A stretch of 32,000 bases of DNA from Nostoc sp. PCC 7120 = FACHB-418 (GCF_000009705.1 NC_003272.1:4860001-4892000); one strand, 5' to 3'; shown: positions 8,576 through 17,661, counted from the stretch's first letter. Notes: generated by a model from the sequence alone, not told the origin. Translations and numbers: made by a program.

Positions 8576-10231
8576 TCAATGATCAAGTTGGAATAAAATA
8601 CCGCCTTTAAGCGTTCCAGGCTCATTACCGTAACTACTGAAGGTCAGCGATCGCAAATTCTCAAAGAATGGTTTCCCGACTAATTCTATGAGCTTAAGTA
8701 TGGGTATTTGCTGCTCTACTAAATTCTGACTTTTTGACCAGTCCAGATAGATATAACCTTGATTTGGTTGGGGAATGGTAGCGATAGTATCTTGGAAGTT
8801 GCGGTTATTGATTAAAGATTTGTCTTTAGTTGTAAAAACCTCATAGATAGTTGCTAGGTCAGAGGTAAAAATTTCATAATTGCCTAAGGTTGTATGTACC
8901 CCTTTTACATTGGCTTCCACTATAAATGATGGTTTGTTTTTGCCATCAGCTTTTTGAGTTGCGGTTGTTAATTCTGTCCAGGCGACGACTGTTTGCTTGT
9001 CCAGTTTAATTGTATTAGTACTGAGTCCTTGAGATGAGGCGATCGCATCTAAACGCCCAATAGCTTCTGGTACATTTTCTGACTTTTCTGTCACAAAAAC
9101 CCAGTCAGGAATGCTCTGTCCTGTACGGGGGATTAATGCAACTGCGTATTCTCCCTGTACCCAGCTAAATATATCTTGTCCTAAATTGATACCCTGACTT
9201 TTCTGCACATCGGCTAAGGGTTGAATCAATCGGGAAATTATATCTGTTCCTGAACCAGAGATGGCTGTTTTTGCTTGTGTCCAGAGTTTGGCTAAATCGC
9301 TGTTACCCAAATTGTCTAAGTGGGAACCAGAAATGACCAACCCTGCTGATGCGGGAATATATTGTAATGCGCCTACAGGTTTAGATAGTGGGGGTGATGT
9401 TGGTAAAATTTCCGATGCAGTGAGAAAGCTAGTTTCTGCTAATATTCCTTGAGGATTTAAGGTGAAAGCGACAATTTCACTATCGTAGGTTGGTTCTGGT
9501 AAATCTAAACCTTGCCATCGTGCCACTAGAGGGAGATTGAGAAAAGCCGTAGCTAGAGAACCTTTAGGTATTTGTTCAATAGCTTTTTGGTATTGGGTAG
9601 AACTCAGCAAATTTAAATCAGGAGCCTGGACATTATTAATCGCATCACGCAATACTTTAGGATTATTGGCGAATAACACAAAGTTATCAACCACTGCACC
9701 AGCCAGAGAATCGGACTCTGGTAAAGAACTATCATAGATAACCTTTGCGCCTTGATATTCTTCTGTTGCTAAGTTCGCTCCAGCTAATACTCTTTTAGAG
9801 AACAATAATTGCAGAAATTCTTGGCTTTTCTCTGGTTTGCTGGTTGCTAGCGCCATTAAATAGCCTGGTTGTCTCCCATTCTCCGGGTCACGGTCAATAT
9901 CTAGGGTAGTGACAGCCAATGTAATTTCATCTTTTAGCCAAGGTTGAATGTCTTGCTTATAATCTATGCCACTCTTAGCCAATAAGCTGGTTTTGAGTTT
10001 AGTTAATTCGCCTGAACTGTCGAAAGATTGCAACCGGTCAGGATTTACCAGTAATGAAACTGTTACAGGAGACAGCTTCGATATAAATATGGCTGCACTA
10101 GGTTGAGAACTAGAAGAGACAAGGTTAACCGGACTTTTAGCGAAGAACCAGTAAAAGCCTGCGATCGCCGCTACAATCAAAGCGATCGCCCCTGCAACAA
10201 TAAAACCAGAAAAAGAGCGTTGTGTGTTCAT
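8576..10231 (-). CDS. Membrane-anchored protein, probably DUF3352 family (551 aa)
   Basis: Long ORF with a single N-terminal TM segment (FSGFIVAGAIALIVAAIAGFYWFF). The size and composition resemble cyanobacterial DUF3352 proteins. The family call is from memory only. Confidence 0.55.
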   Translation of the reverse strand: MNTQRSFSGFIVAGAIALIVAAIAGFYWFFAKSPVNLVSSSSQPSAAIFISKLSPVTVSLLVNPDRLQSFDSSGELTKLKTSLLAKSGIDYKQDIQPWLKDEITLAVTTLDIDRDPENGRQPGYLMALATSKPEKSQEFLQLLFSKRVLAGANLATEEYQGAKVIYDSSLPESDSLAGAVVDNFVLFANNPKVLRDAINNVQAPDLNLLSSTQYQKAIEQIPKGSLATAFLNLPLVARWQGLDLPEPTYDSEIVAFTLNPQGILAETSFLTASEILPTSPPLSKPVGALQYIPASAGLVISGSHLDNLGNSDLAKLWTQAKTAISGSGTDIISRLIQPLADVQKSQGINLGQDIFSWVQGEYAVALIPRTGQSIPDWVFVTEKSENVPEAIGRLDAIASSQGLSTNTIKLDKQTVVAWTELTTATQKADGKNKPSFIVEANVKGVHTTLGNYEIFTSDLATIYEVFTTKDKSLINNRNFQDTIATIPQPNQGYIYLDWSKSQNLVEQQIPILKLIELVGKPFFENLRSLTFSSYGNEPGTLKGGILFQLDH

Positions 10232-10253
10232 TAGTTATTTAATTAGTTGTTAG

Positions 10254-10273
10254 AGACGCGATTAATCGCGTCT
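10254..10273. repeat. Perfect 20-bp palindrome AGACGCGATTAATCGCGTCT in a divergent promoter region
   Basis: AGACGCGATT (10254-10263) is the exact reverse complement of AATCGCGTCT (10264-10273). It is flanked by STRR-like AGTTGTT/CAGTTGT units and followed by a pyrimidine-rich tract (10297-10353). Confidence 0.8.
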
Positions 10274-10391
10274 GTACAGTTGTCAGTTGCCAATAGTTTT
10301 CTCTTCCCCCCCCTGCTTCCCCTGCTCCCTACTCCCCACTCTTCCCCTTTTCTGTCAACATAAATAATATAGGATTGTTTACTAAAACCTC

Positions 10392-10751
10392 ATGACTGGG
10401 AATACTTCTGGGCAACCAATGACTCAAATTAGTGTAAATGAATTAGCTCTATATCTTGCTAATGAAAATGCAGATATTCAGTTAATAGATGTACGGGAAC
10501 CGCAAGAGTTAGCGATCGCCCAAATTGATGGCTTTGTCAACCTACCCCTGAGTGAATATGCTCAGTGGTCAGAAAAAGTCCCAACTATGTTTAATCCAGA
10601 AGCAGAAACCCTTGTATTATGTCACCACGGTGTCCGCTCTGCTCAGATGTGTCAGTGGTTAGTCTCTCAGGGATTCACCAATGTCAAAAATATTGCTGGT
10701 GGTATTGCTGCCTACTCTTTGCTAGTTGACTCCTCAATTCCCCAGTATTAG
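10392..10751 (+). CDS. Single-domain rhodanese-like sulfurtransferase
   Basis: 119 aa. LIDVREPQE, an active-site loop CHHGVRS, and NIAGGIAAY. Confidence 0.88.
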   Translation: MTGNTSGQPMTQISVNELALYLANENADIQLIDVREPQELAIAQIDGFVNLPLSEYAQWSEKVPTMFNPEAETLVLCHHGVRSAQMCQWLVSQGFTNVKNIAGGIAAYSLLVDSSIPQY

Positions 10752-10778
10752 CGGCTTACTAGCTCATTAAATGATCTC

Positions 10779-10810
10779 AAGCTGGAATACTAAACTCCAG
10801 CTTATTTGTG
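10779..10810 (+). terminator. Candidate rho-independent terminator after the rhodanese gene
   Basis: AAGCTGGA (10779-10786) pairs with TCCAGCTT (10796-10803) and is followed by ATTTGTG. Confidence 0.5.
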
Positions 10811-11167
10811 CTATTGTTGACAAAATTCTCGGAGTTTGAGATTGCAGTAATGAAGCCCAATATAGTTAGGTTCAACCTAAATTTAGCTAGCATTATTAGT
10901 ATATATATCAACCATAAAAATACGTATCTTACAATACATTTTATCTAATTTATATATGCAAAAATACTGAGAAAATTAAATAGCAATACATCAATTTTTT
11001 TCTTTCATCAGCCGACTCAAAAAATAGCAACCACAGAATTTTAATAATAGTTATTACAATAGAAATATATATTTTGCGTTTCTAATTAACTATTATGAAT
11101 TTTTGCTTTAAAATTTCACAATTTTTCAAAATCTACTTAGCATTTGCCTTCCGTCAAACATATCCCT

Positions 11168-12265
11168 ATGCAAGTCCAGTTGACTAATCGACAACAGCAT
11201 ATACTTTGGGCAACGGTACGTCATTATATAGCTACAGCAGAGCCTGTTGGCTCAAAAGCTTTGGTCGAGGAATACGACTTGGGCGTTAGCTCTGCCACAA
11301 TTCGCAATGTAATGGGCGTACTAGAGAAATCTGGGTTATTGTACCAACCGCATACATCTGCTGGACGAGTACCTTCTGACTCAGGTTATCGCATTTATGT
11401 TGACCAGTTAATTACCCCCTCTCTGCGAGACACTACACGAGCAGAAGTTTTAGCAAAAGAGGTAGAATCAGCCCTACAACAGCATCTGCAATGGGAAGAC
11501 TGGAGTCTGGAAATACTGTTGCAAGGAGCCGCCCAGATTTTAGCTAGCTTGAGTGGGTGTATTAGCTTGATTACTATGCCCCAAACCAACACAGCATCCG
11601 TAAGACATTTGCAGTTAATGCAGATAGAAACGGGACGAATCATGCTGATATTGGTGACGGATAGTTATGAAACCCACTCAAAGCTGATGGATTTACCCCC
11701 AGCGAGGAGCGAAACAAAACCCGACCCAGAAGTAATTGACAGGGAATTACAAATTGTTTCTAACTTCTTAAATAGTCACTTACGGGGGCGGAGTCTGTTA
11801 GAAATCAGTACTCTGGATTGGAGTCAATTAGATCGAGAATTTCAAAGTTATGGAGAGTTTCTAAAAAATTCCGTAGCAGAATTAGCCCACCGCAGTGCTG
11901 CGCCGGCTGCAACTCAAATCATGGTGCGGGGTTTGGCAGAAGTGTTGCGTCAACCGGAATTCTCCCAGCTTCAGCAAGTGAAAACGATTATACAACTATT
12001 GGAAGAAGAACAAGAGCAACTGTGGCGGCTAATATTTGAGGAACCAGAGTTAGAAGATACGCACAAATCCAAGGTAACAGTGCGTATCGGCGCAGAAAAC
12101 CCGTTAGAACCGATACGCACCTGCTCCTTAATTTCTTCTACCTATCGCCGGGGAGGAGTCCCGTTGGGTAGTGTGGGAGTTTTGGGGCCGACACGCCTAG
12201 ATTACGAAAGTGCGATCGCAGTTGTAGCGGCTGCTGCTGATTACCTCTCAGAAGCCTTCAGTTAA
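11168..12265 (+). CDS. hrcA: Heat-inducible transcription repressor HrcA
   Basis: [28 protein letters not shown]...[42 protein letters not shown] is the canonical HrcA winged-helix N-terminus. I prefer the ATG at 11168 to the in-frame TTG at 11144. Confidence 0.9.
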
Positions 12266-12278
12266 ATTAGATGAAATC

Positions 12279-12959
12279 ATGGTCAGAAAAATTGCCTTTG
12301 GGGTGCTGTGGTTAGGGTTTACGTTTTATGCTTTTGTCCTTGCTCCTCCCGATCAACCCGATACATTTGAGCTAATCAAAAACTTGTCCACCGGTCAATG
12401 GCAAGGTGTAAATCCCCTAATCATCGCCTTATTCAACCTCATGGGTATCTGGCCTATGATTTACAGCGCCCTCATGTTTATTGACGGTAGAGGGCAAAAA
12501 ATCCCAGCTTGGTTATTCGCCACAGCTTCATTTGGCGTAGGTATTTTTGCACTATTGCCTTATTTAACTTTGCGAGAACCCAATCCCCAATTTCCTGGCA
12601 CAAAGAACACCTTAATTAAACTATTAGATTCTCGCGTGACTGGTATGATTCTCACTATAGTCGCAGCGATTTTAGTAGCCTATGGTTTACAGCAAGGAGA
12701 TTGGAGCAACTTTCTCCAGCAATGGCAAACCAAGCGCTTTATCCATGTCATGAGCCTAGATTTTTGCCTACTTTCGCTATTATTTCCAGCATTGTTAGGA
12801 GATGATATGACGCGGCGCGGTTGGCAAAAACCCCAGTTATTTTGGGTATTTGCTTTGATTCCTCTATTTGGCCCGTTGCTTTATCTGTGCTTGCGTCCAC
12901 CACTACCAGAAGCAAGTGTAGATTTACTATCTAGTCAGCCGCAAAAGGTAGCAAGTTAG
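12279..12959 (+). CDS. Conserved integral membrane protein of unknown function (226 aa, about 6 TM segments)
   Basis: Hydrophobic ORF that starts 13 nt after the hrcA stop. No family recognised. Confidence 0.7.
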   Translation: MVRKIAFGVLWLGFTFYAFVLAPPDQPDTFELIKNLSTGQWQGVNPLIIALFNLMGIWPMIYSALMFIDGRGQKIPAWLFATASFGVGIFALLPYLTLREPNPQFPGTKNTLIKLLDSRVTGMILTIVAAILVAYGLQQGDWSNFLQQWQTKRFIHVMSLDFCLLSLLFPALLGDDMTRRGWQKPQLFWVFALIPLFGPLLYLCLRPPLPEASVDLLSSQPQKVAS

Positions 12960-12970
12960 GCAATTTAATC

Positions 12971-13978
12971 ATGACAGGTATCAGTAAGACTCAGAAAAAA
13001 GGCAAGTCATTACCACCTAAATTGATTATTGGGTTAGGTAAGTTTGTGTGGACAACCCTTTGGCAAATCATGATGTCAAAACTTGCCCCCCGTAATCAAT
13101 CAGGAGAATATATTCGTCCTAGTAGCCAGTTTAGGAATTCTGTCAAAACTGGAGAAGATAGCCCCTACCAACCAGCCACAGGACGTTACACTCTCTATGT
13201 TGGTTTGGGTTGTCCTTGGGCGCACCGCACGCTAGTAGTCCGGGCGTTGAAAGAACTAGAGGATACAATTTCGGTATCTATTGTTGTTCCCTCTCCCGAT
13301 TCAGGCGGCTGGGTGTTCAACACTCCAGAGGAAGGTTGTCAGACTTTAGCGGAATTATATGCCCTAGCAGAACCTGGCTATAGTGGACGCTCTACTGTGC
13401 CGGTGTTGTGGGACAAAGAAACCAAAACTATTGTCAATAACGAGAGTGCAGACATTATCGTCATGCTGAACTCTGAATTTAATGAGTTTGCGAAGAATTC
13501 CACACTGAATCTTTATCCTGAAGAACTAAAACAAAAGATTGACTGGTGGAACGAGAAGATTTACGCCAATGTCAATAACGGCGTATATCGTTGCGGTTTT
13601 GCCCAAACCCAAGAGGCGTATGACAAAGCCTGTGATGAATTATTCACCACCTTGGATGAGATTGAGGTTGCACTTGCCAATAGTCGCTATCTTTGCGGTG
13701 ATCAAGTCACTTTAGCCGATGCGCGCCTATTTACAACATTGTTCCGTTTTGACATTGTTTATTACGGCTTATTTAAATGTAATCGCCGCAGGATACAAGA
13801 TTATAAAAATTTAGGCGCATATCTGCGTAACTTATATCAGCTAAAGGGCGTTGCTAGTACCTGTGATTTAGACAGCATCAAGCGGGACTATTATGGGAAT
13901 CTATTTCCGTTGAATCCTGGTGGTATTATTCCCTCTGGGCCAGATATGGCATATTTATTAAAACCGAGCGATGTCTAA
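12971..13978 (+). CDS. Xi-class glutathione S-transferase / glutathionyl-hydroquinone reductase (YqjG/ECM4-like)
   Basis: YTLYVGLGCPWAHRTLVVRAL (CPWA active site), VPVLWDKETKTIVNNES and NGVYRCGFAQTQEAY. An alternative start is the ATG at 13070. Confidence 0.85.
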   Translation: MTGISKTQKKGKSLPPKLIIGLGKFVWTTLWQIMMSKLAPRNQSGEYIRPSSQFRNSVKTGEDSPYQPATGRYTLYVGLGCPWAHRTLVVRALKELEDTISVSIVVPSPDSGGWVFNTPEEGCQTLAELYALAEPGYSGRSTVPVLWDKETKTIVNNESADIIVMLNSEFNEFAKNSTLNLYPEELKQKIDWWNEKIYANVNNGVYRCGFAQTQEAYDKACDELFTTLDEIEVALANSRYLCGDQVTLADARLFTTLFRFDIVYYGLFKCNRRRIQDYKNLGAYLRNLYQLKGVASTCDLDSIKRDYYGNLFPLNPGGIIPSGPDMAYLLKPSDV

Positions 13979-14050
13979 AGACAAGACGAAAAGCGATCAG
14001 CTACGCTGGTCGGAACGCCATCGCCACAACAAAGGCAATGTAGGATCAAA

Positions 14051-14281
14051 TTAACCCGCACTCAAATTTGCAGTTGTGATTTGTCTATCTACAACTGTTG
14101 ATTCTGTAAAAGGATCAGTAGGCTGGGGAGTGGGAACATCAATGTTCTCATAACGATTAGCAGAATCATTCAAGTCATCATTATTTCCCAAGTCTCCTTC
14201 ATTCTGGTTACCACTAATAATACTTGGGTCAGACGATTCATGAACTGACAAATTAATTAACTTTCTCGGTTCTTGATTCAT
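14051..14281 (-). CDS. Small acidic, low-complexity (likely disordered) protein, 76 aa
   Basis: The ATG at 14281 is preceded by AAAGAGGTAAAC. The composition is rich in D, N, E, S and P. No family recognised. Confidence 0.5.
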   Translation of the reverse strand: MNQEPRKLINLSVHESSDPSIISGNQNEGDLGNNDDLNDSANRYENIDVPTPQPTDPFTESTVVDRQITTANLSAG

Positions 14282-14554
14282 GTTTACCTCTTTATACAAA
14301 TTGCTTAGTTGATTTATCTTAATTATTGTTCATCTAACGAGCAGTAACTTCTAACAAATGATATATTTATTAGCGCGCTCATTTTTATTATTTATTATTA
14401 TTTTTGCCAAGACAAAAGTAATAGTCTACTTTTTAAATTTTATATCTAAAGGCTAGATTATCGAATAAAGGATACGAGTCTTACGATAGGTAGTTTCTCA
14501 TAGTTTAAATGTTTAAACTGAGTATAGTTGAATATAAAAATGAGGTAAAGTATT

Positions 14555-14758
14555 ATGCCTAGTGGTCACGCTAGCCATAAAGGCACTGGTGATAAACCTA
14601 ACATTAATGCCAATGGAGTAATTGGTGATGCTGCTGATAAATCAGTAGAACCAGAAGAACTTCTACCTGAAAATCTGACAAATACAGAAACTCTGAGAAC
14701 TGATGAGTACGTCGATTTTCCTCCAGCTACCCAGCGACCAGAACAGGAAACAAAATAA
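14555..14758 (+). CDS. Small hydrophilic (likely disordered) protein, 67 aa
   Basis: The ATG is preceded by an AATGAGGTAAAG Shine-Dalgarno. The composition is acidic and proline-rich. It is divergent from the 14051-14281 gene. Confidence 0.5.
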   Translation: MPSGHASHKGTGDKPNINANGVIGDAADKSVEPEELLPENLTNTETLRTDEYVDFPPATQRPEQETK

Positions 14759-14845
14759 TTCGTAATTGGTAAAGCATAATGGGTAATTAGTTGATTAGTT
14801 ACCCATTACGCATTTACATAAAGTATTGACTTTTGACTTCCGGTA

Positions 14846-15391
14846 CTAGGTATCAGCCGATTTTTCGTGTTTTGATAGCTGACCATGAGAGCAACGGTCA
14901 AACCACTCTTGGTATTTCTTTTGGTGTTCTTCGTCTTCAACAACAATAGAGACTCGTACCTGTTGACAACCATGTTTGCGTTCTAGAGCGATCGCATTTA
15001 ATAATAAACTAGCAATTTTAGGAGAGCTAAAGCTACCACTTACCGTTAAACCACCATTCCAACCTCGTAGTTCGTGGCTAGCATTTTGAGCTAATTCAAT
15101 GCCAGTAATCTCACCTTGGCTTAAATCGATCTCTGCAAGTTGCTTGTGTTCTGGGCCTATTTGTTCCACAATCAGCTTTTCGCGCCGTACAGGAACTTGC
15201 ACCATCTGAGTTTCGATTACCTTACGGACAACGACCTCACCAATTTTCTGCCTACTTATATCAACTAAGAGCCTTTCTTCCAGTAAGCGAATGTTCTTCT
15301 CTTCCTCAATTATATGGTGATTGTTTTGCTCACTTGAATTATCAGTTATTGGTTGGTGAATTGGTATTTCTGCGGCTAAATTATCGGACAT
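14846..15391 (-). CDS. DUF2382 (YsnF/AvaK C-terminal) domain protein, 181 aa
   Basis: IRLLEERLLVDISRQKIGEVVVRKVIETQMVQVPVRREKLIVEQ matches the DUF2382 repeat pattern also seen in the two downstream paralogs. Confidence 0.75.
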   Translation of the reverse strand: MSDNLAAEIPIHQPITDNSSEQNNHHIIEEEKNIRLLEERLLVDISRQKIGEVVVRKVIETQMVQVPVRREKLIVEQIGPEHKQLAEIDLSQGEITGIELAQNASHELRGWNGGLTVSGSFSSPKIASLLLNAIALERKHGCQQVRVSIVVEDEEHQKKYQEWFDRCSHGQLSKHEKSADT

Positions 15392-15429
15392 ATAATCTAC
15401 TTTTAAAACTTATCTCTAGAGTTATTACA

Positions 15430-15479
15430 AGTACAGGTAAAGCTAATATTGATAATAAAAAGCCTTACTTACCTGTACT
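15430..15479 (-). terminator. Long stem-loop between the AvaK-like gene and the DUF2382 gene
   Basis: AGTACAGGTAA (15430-15440) pairs with TTACCTGTACT (15469-15479). The pairing can be extended imperfectly inward (GTAAAGCT with AGCCTTAC). No obvious U-tract follows. Confidence 0.4.
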
Positions 15480-15529
15480 GCATTAGGACGAGTTATTAGA
15501 TAATGACTAATAACTCTATTGATGAACAA

Positions 15530-16465
15530 TTAGCGTTCTTCAATGGGAAGACCAGGAGCATTCACGTCTAATTCTTCACGACGGATTTTTTCTTGAGCTT
15601 CCACAGTTTCATGCTCGACAACTTTTTGAACTCTAACTTCTTCCCGTACGAAAGCTTCTTTGCGAATGTCAGGAGTTTCTTCATGAAGTTCTACACGGGC
15701 AACTTCGCCTTCACGGAAGTCAGCAGTACCAGGAGCAACAGACCTACCAGCATCATCTGGCGTAACGCGTTCAATCACCACGCGTTCTCTTTCCACGGGT
15801 ACTGCAACCCGTGCAGTTTCCGTTTCTACGTGCTTGCCAACAGCTACTTCACCAGTTTTTTGACGGCGTTTATTGGCAATTAGCCGTTCTTCATAAAGTC
15901 TCAGCGTTTGGTGATCTTGCTCATTAATTCCGAACAAAGCAGGCTCTTGCTCGTAATTGTAAGTGTCACGGGTATAAGTGGGTGTTGCTGGCGTAGTTGT
16001 TTTATAGCTTGTGTCTAGAGGTGTAGAAGCTTCTAGAGGTGTTCTGCTTTCCAAAGGTGTGGATGTTTCCAAAGAAGTTGATCTGTCTGCGCTTGTATTA
16101 GCGTAACTGGGATTACGATATACTCCGCGTACTCGTTCTTCATAATCGTAATCAACAGCTAAACGGTCGTTGAATTCGGGTAAATTTTCAGCTTGGTCTC
16201 TGGTCATCCCAATTGCATAAACACGACCAGCGCCATAATCAATACGAGAACGACCCACTGGTAGTAATACTTTTTTACCAAAAATCCAAAAACCTAAGTC
16301 AACGATTAAATAGCGGAAGTGGCCTTCATCATCCACTAAAACATCGTTGACAGTACCAATTTTTTCATCGCTTCTTTCTGTATAGACACCAAGTCCTTTA
16401 ATGTCGTTACCTTGAAAGGAGTCTTGATAATTAGGATCAAAATCAGCTAACTTGTAAAGTGCCAT
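15530..16465 (-). CDS. PRC-barrel + DUF2382 protein (AvaK-like, akinete/stress-associated family), paralog 1, 311 aa
   Basis: MALYKLADFDPNY...GTVNDVLVDDEGHFRYLIVD forms the PRC barrel. LRLYEERLIANKRRQKTGEVAVGKHVETETARVAVPVERERVVIER and a second half-repeat form DUF2382. The ATG at 16465 is preceded by GAGGTGGA. The longer ORF from 16504 is unlikely. Confidence 0.85.
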   Translation of the reverse strand: MALYKLADFDPNYQDSFQGNDIKGLGVYTERSDEKIGTVNDVLVDDEGHFRYLIVDLGFWIFGKKVLLPVGRSRIDYGAGRVYAIGMTRDQAENLPEFNDRLAVDYDYEERVRGVYRNPSYANTSADRSTSLETSTPLESRTPLEASTPLDTSYKTTTPATPTYTRDTYNYEQEPALFGINEQDHQTLRLYEERLIANKRRQKTGEVAVGKHVETETARVAVPVERERVVIERVTPDDAGRSVAPGTADFREGEVARVELHEETPDIRKEAFVREEVRVQKVVEHETVEAQEKIRREELDVNAPGLPIEER

Positions 16466-16744
16466 GTGATTCCACCTCAAATATATAAAATGCCTCTTAA
16501 TCACTAACCTAAGTATTTATGATTTAAATTGCCTCTTTCTAGCGAATGAAGTCAGTTTTTAAATAAAAAATCAAAAGTAATAGATATTTTAAATTAATAA
16601 AATATTTTTTAGTTGATAGAGTGCAAATAAAGAATCATTCGCTATTTATGTCATTACTTTTCAGGAGATTAAAACTATAGCAATCAGATTTTATTGTTAA
16701 AAAACTATCTCTGCAAGATTATTCCTGCCTGCTTTATAGTGACT

Positions 16745-16803
16745 ATGGTGGGCATTGCCCACCCTACGTATACTCCAGAAAGCAAGCAAGTATCATCTAT
16801 CTT
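16745..16803. repeat. Partial copy (right half) of the MITE-like repeat
   Basis: GTGGGCATTGCCCACCCTAC at 16748-16767, followed by GTATACTCCAGAAAGCAAGCAAGTAT. This resembles the right halves of the copies at 8288-8342 and 19840-19882. Confidence 0.6.
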
Positions 16804-16815
16804 TTAACTAATTTT

Positions 16816-17661
16816 TCAACCATTTTCATGTCTTTCCACATTAGTTTCATTGACGAGTAAATTACCAGCAGTATCAATATCTAACTCTTCCCGACGAATT
16901 ACATCTTGGGCTTCAACGGTATCGCTTTCTACTACTTTTCTTACCCGGACTTCTTCGCGTACAAAAGCTTCTTTGCGAATTTCTGGGGTTTCTTCGTACA
17001 ATTCGATGCGCGCCACTTCCCCTTGTTGAAACTTAACCTCTTTGGGATCTACTATCGTATCTGGCGATGTTGGTGCGGCTCTTTCAATTACTACACGTTC
17101 TCTTTGAATAGGCACAGCCACCCGTGCGTTTTCTGTTTCAATGTGTTTACCAACAGCTACTTCACCAGTTTTGACACGATGCTTGTTAGCAATTAATCTT
17201 TCTTCGTAGAGTCTGAAAGTTTGATGATATTGCTCATTCAAATTATATAAAGCTGGTTCTTGCTGATAGTTGTATGACTGACGGTCATAAGTTAAATTGC
17301 TAGTCTGTGTCCGAAAGACACCGCGTACTCTTTCTTCGTATTCTTCATCAACTGCAATATTGTCGTGATATTCAGGTAAATGTTCTACTTGTTCTTTGCT
17401 CAGTCCGTCAACATAAACGCGTCTTTCTGGATAATTGATCTGGGACAGCCCAATTGGTAGTAAAATTTTCTTGCTAATTGAATCATCAATATGAGTGTCA
17501 ATTACTAGATAACGAAAACGTCCTTCATTATCAACTAAGACATCAGCGATCGCTCCAACTCTCACGCCACTTTGGGTATAGAGTTCTAAAGCTTTAACAT
17601 CATCCCCACCAAAGGTTTCTCTGTAGTTAGGGTCAAATTCTTCAAGTTTATAAAGAGGCAT
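16816..17661 (-). CDS. PRC-barrel + DUF2382 protein (AvaK-like), paralog 2, 281 aa
   Basis: Collinear with paralog 1 (MPLYKLEEFDPNY..., FRLYEERLIANKHRVKTGEVAVGKHIETENARVAVPIQRERVVIER, EAFVREEVRVRKVVE). It lacks the S/T/P-rich linker of paralog 1. Confidence 0.85.
   Translation of the reverse strand: MPLYKLEEFDPNYRETFGGDDVKALELYTQSGVRVGAIADVLVDNEGRFRYLVIDTHIDDSISKKILLPIGLSQINYPERRVYVDGLSKEQVEHLPEYHDNIAVDEEYEERVRGVFRTQTSNLTYDRQSYNYQQEPALYNLNEQYHQTFRLYEERLIANKHRVKTGEVAVGKHIETENARVAVPIQRERVVIERAAPTSPDTIVDPKEVKFQQGEVARIELYEETPEIRKEAFVREEVRVRKVVESDTVEAQDVIRREELDIDTAGNLLVNETNVERHENG

Noticed and set aside
10752-11167. CIRCE operator (TTAGCACTC-N9-GAGTGCTAA) upstream of hrcA
   Set aside because: There is no match. 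The only resemblance is CTTAGCATTTGCC at about 11137-11149, which lacks a partner half-site.
15593-17196. Two similar 96-aa plus-strand ORFs (15593-15883 and 16906-17196) that look like a conserved gene pair
   Set aside because: They are antisense shadows of the two paralogous AvaK-like genes. Their similarity follows from the paralogy of the sense strand, not from independent selection.
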